Shown in pieces: positions 61,030 to 64,000 of a stretch of 64,000 nt of DNA (position 1 is the first letter of the stretch; each line of letters starts with the position of its first letter). Under the pieces are notes generated by a model, which was not told the origin of the DNA, made no database searches, and saw only the letters and a list, made by a program, of their open reading frames with translations. Source of the DNA: Lama glama (taxonomy: Eukaryota); assembly GCA_028534125.1 (NCBI GenBank), contig CM052817.1:71982001-72046000 (forward strand), given 5' to 3'. The position numbers and the translations under genes are program-made.

Positions 61030-61320
61030 AATAATGCTAATAGTAATAACAAATCATGTGCTAGATACTGTTTGAACCTTTAAAGAAAATTGAGATATAA
61101 TGGACATACAACATTGTATACGTTTAAACTTTAGCTTTCTGACATATAATTTCACTAATCCCTGTGTCAACCCTATGCCTCACAGTTGCTGTTATCTTTA
61201 TTTTACAGGTGAACCAAGTTAGGTTTAGAGAAGTAAATGAACTTGCTCCAGGTCATCCAGCTAATAAAGGCATGGGTCCAAGCAATGTGATTTCAGATTC
61301 CAGAGCCTGGACTCTGGACC
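61030..61320 (-). mobile_element. MIR SINE
   Basis: atttttacaggtgaaccaagttaggtttagagaagtaaatgaacttgctccaggtcatccagctaataa...gattccagagcc. Confidence 0.75.
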
Positions 61321-61724
61321 AGTTCCTAACTTGCCTATTGTAACCCAAGATGCCGCATGCCACTGCGGCATGTGGAGGCCCATGGGCCCCTTAATGCTAA
61401 TACCCCTAATTTATTGTGCTTTCTTGGCCTACTGCACAAGGACCTTATGCCCCTCCCCTAAATTGCACTTGGTTATTTCTGGTTATCCCCAGAGATTGTC
61501 CCATGTGAAACCCGGAACTAGCAGCTTATGTTCTTCTGCTCTGGAGGCCCATCCCCAGGTCACACAGAGGCCCAGGCTTGTCTGTATCCCAGTTTAGGCT
61601 CTCATTGGAATCGTCACCATATTACATACCAACTTTCTGAGGAACTTGCCAGCCTTTGCATGGCTATTCTGGCCTGCTGCTAAAACTCCCATGTTTTATA
61701 TCTGGCCCTATAATAAGATAGTTA

Positions 61725-61832
61725 TCTGAAAAAGAAAATGAAAATGATTATATGTATGTATAGGTATGACTGGGACATTGTGCTGTACAACAGAAATTGA
61801 TACATTGTAACTGACTATACTTCAATAAAAAA
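61725..61832 (+). mobile_element. Short young L1 3' tail
   Basis: tgaaaaagaaaatgaaaatgattatatgtatg...tgtgctgtacaacagaaattgatacattgtaactgactatacttcaataaaaaa. Confidence 0.85.
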
Positions 61833-64000
61833 TCGTTATTTGTTCATCAATTTAAAAACAGAATTGAAATAATTATCTTTCTAAATGTCTTCTGCTGCTA
61901 GTTTCTCTTTCCATCATCTTGGAATGAAGAGAGAAAAAAGTTCCAGTTAGAATCATAGAAGGAGGGATTAGGAAGAATTATAGAACATTTTCCTCTAACT
62001 TGGAAATTCCAGTCTTAAAAAGGAGGACTCAGAACAAGTTACCCTTTTCTTATCTCAGCCCCAACAGCAGAAATAAATTCCGAATTACTGTCATACTTCA
62101 GGCCTCAGGAAAAACATTCAACAGAAAAGCCCTTACAGATCCCCCAGACACAGTCAGTCCTGTGGGTTTTAGCTCTCACTTTCCTTTACAGAACTCATCT
62201 TCCTAAAATTAAATAATTAATTGCTTAGTATATGGTTCAAAGCTTTTTCCTTCAGATCAAATGTTAGCTTTTTAATGGCCGGAGCGTCTTTTATGCCAGA
62301 CACAGCAGTAGCATCAGCCCTGAGTACAATGTTTTACTCTGGCAGACTCTCAATAAATATTTACTGCACCCAGGGAAGAATGAATGAGCAGACAAACTGA
62401 TAGGGGTAGGATCTGGTCCTCACACACTGTAGGCCCTTGATGAGTAGGAACAATAGTGATCAGAAGAGGGTTACACTGAAGCGTATGGACTGCCTGAAAG
62501 TGCGTGTTGTATGTTATGATAGAAAGTCCTGTGACCCATTAGTCATTTCTTACTATGATATCTAACCTGAAATGAGGCTTGAATCAATGTTTCAGTATTT
62601 TCTAAGTTCCTTGGATCAATAGCAGCAGCAGGGAAGGGGATTTCTTTCAGTTGTGAGGAAGCTTCTACTAATGGGCTTCTATGCTTAATTGTTTCTAAGA
62701 GACAATTTCAACAAGTTTGGAACCAGTTGCTTGCTTGTGAGTGATTTGTAGAAAGCAGGCTTGCACCTTATCCTTAGTGATAACTCCAAATGGCTCTCTA
62801 ATACCCAGACTCTCGCAGATCTTAAAGTGCACAGTCCAGACTTTACAGCTGCACAATTTGAAGATCCTTTAAATAACTGCATATGATTTAAATATTATTT
62901 CTGGCATATTTAATGACTTCTATCTCTGCTCTGAATTACCAATAGCCTCATTGGGCAGAACTGTAGATTTTAAAAGCAGAACCCTTAAGAATCTCTAGCA
63001 ACTATGAATTCCATGGAAAAAAATTTGAAATCCCCTGCTCTTTTTGTGGTGGAGATCAAACCTTTCTGAATTGATAAACACACATTCTGGAAAACAGTGT
63101 GGAGGACCTGGACTCTGGACTGTCTAAAGATGAGTAGATATGGTTCCTACCCTCAAGGTTATAACAATCTGTACATTTCAACCTTCTGTCCTAACTGCTC
63201 TTGTCTTCTGCCACCTTTACTCTTCAGTTCTTTGGCAGCTCCATGTTGTCCTAGTACAACTTCTGATATTTAAGAAGCCATGAAATGCTTAGCACACTTG
63301 TCAGGAAACCTAAAATAATATGGACACTTGGAGTGGAACCTCGAGAACTAATTTGTCTAAGATTTCCTAAGAGGCCAAAAGGAAATCTAAAAGAATGAAT
63401 GACATTTTTACTAGCATAGCATCACTATAATTCATTGTGCAGGAAAGTTGTTTCTTCCGATTTATCATGTTTTACTCAACCCCCCCCACGCGCATGCACA
63501 CACACACATCTTTACTTCACACATCTACCAAGATAATGCAGTGGCTTTACATTTCATGGAGTATTAGTCCTTCCACAGGGCATGGGTAGGGTTACAGAAA
63601 GAAAATGAAACTGAAGTCAGTCCATTGGGTTGCCTGCTTGTTCTTAGTCTAATGAGTGTTTTCACCCTTACCCTAATTTCATCATCGTTCTTTTCTGTCT
63701 GAGGGAGAAGCCACGTTGTCTCTACATGCGTCAAAACCATATTTTCTCTCACGCCTCCCTTCTCCTCTGAAAGAGACAGCAGAGAATGAAGGCTTGCCAT
63801 TCGAAGAACATAACCAGTGGCCGAATGGAGTTACGGTACAGCAAGGGTTTTTCAGAGTCACTGGGAAGGAAAGACTGCTGACAAGCACACTAATATTGGA
63901 AACAGTAGCTCTGGAGTTATAGCCACCTCTTGTTTTGTTGTGTTGGATCAAGAGAGAGCATGATGTTGATTTTGTTTGTAAAAGAAGTCGGCTTTGCCTC

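Noticed and set aside
61350-61388. 8-bp hairpin atgccgca/tgcggcat and 12-bp palindrome ggcccatgggcc
   Set aside because: Short enough to be expected by chance in 64 kb.
1-64000. Protein-coding genes from the ORF track
   Set aside because: ORFs without X are all 120 aa or shorter, many start at non-ATG codons, and none resembles a protein I recognise apart from L1 remnants. No consistent exon chain was found.
1-64000. Naming the locus or inferring a host-gene strand from L1 orientation; CRISPR or other prokaryotic systems
   Set aside because: No exon was recognised and L1 copies are split about evenly between strands. The DNA is mammalian with no spaced direct-repeat array or operon-like ORFs.

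Overview
Mammalian, almost certainly camelid (alpaca/llama/camel), non-coding genomic DNA. The lineage call rests on a Vic-1-type tRNA(Ala)-derived SINE at 19921-20035, together with young artiodactyl-type L1 3' ends. I find no credible protein-coding exon: the ORF track is short random ORFs, L1/L2/MIR remnants and ORFs that run through N blocks. The window alternates between two kinds of sequence. One is decayed interspersed repeats (many MIRs, L2, L1M/L1, MLT1 LTRs, MER5A, MER53, hAT-Tip100). The other is multi-kb repeat-poor unique blocks with clustered POU, SOX, HOX/PBX, GATA and MEIS motifs and locally retained CpGs, as expected for a gene desert or large intron serving a developmental regulator. 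I could not identify the locus. The most informative oddity is that 9 of the 10 N runs (132-338 bp) fall inside these unique blocks rather than in repeats, and two of them are separated by only 44 called bases. This suggests deliberately masked or dropped-out highly conserved elements. Other notable items are a miR-1302-like MER53 hairpin, a candidate 38-nt minus-strand micro-exon, a six-site GATA cluster next to a PBX-HOX site, and a CpG-retaining island around 47.6-49.8 kb. Repeat family names and boundaries are by eye and approximate. I see no evidence for a novel coding system.
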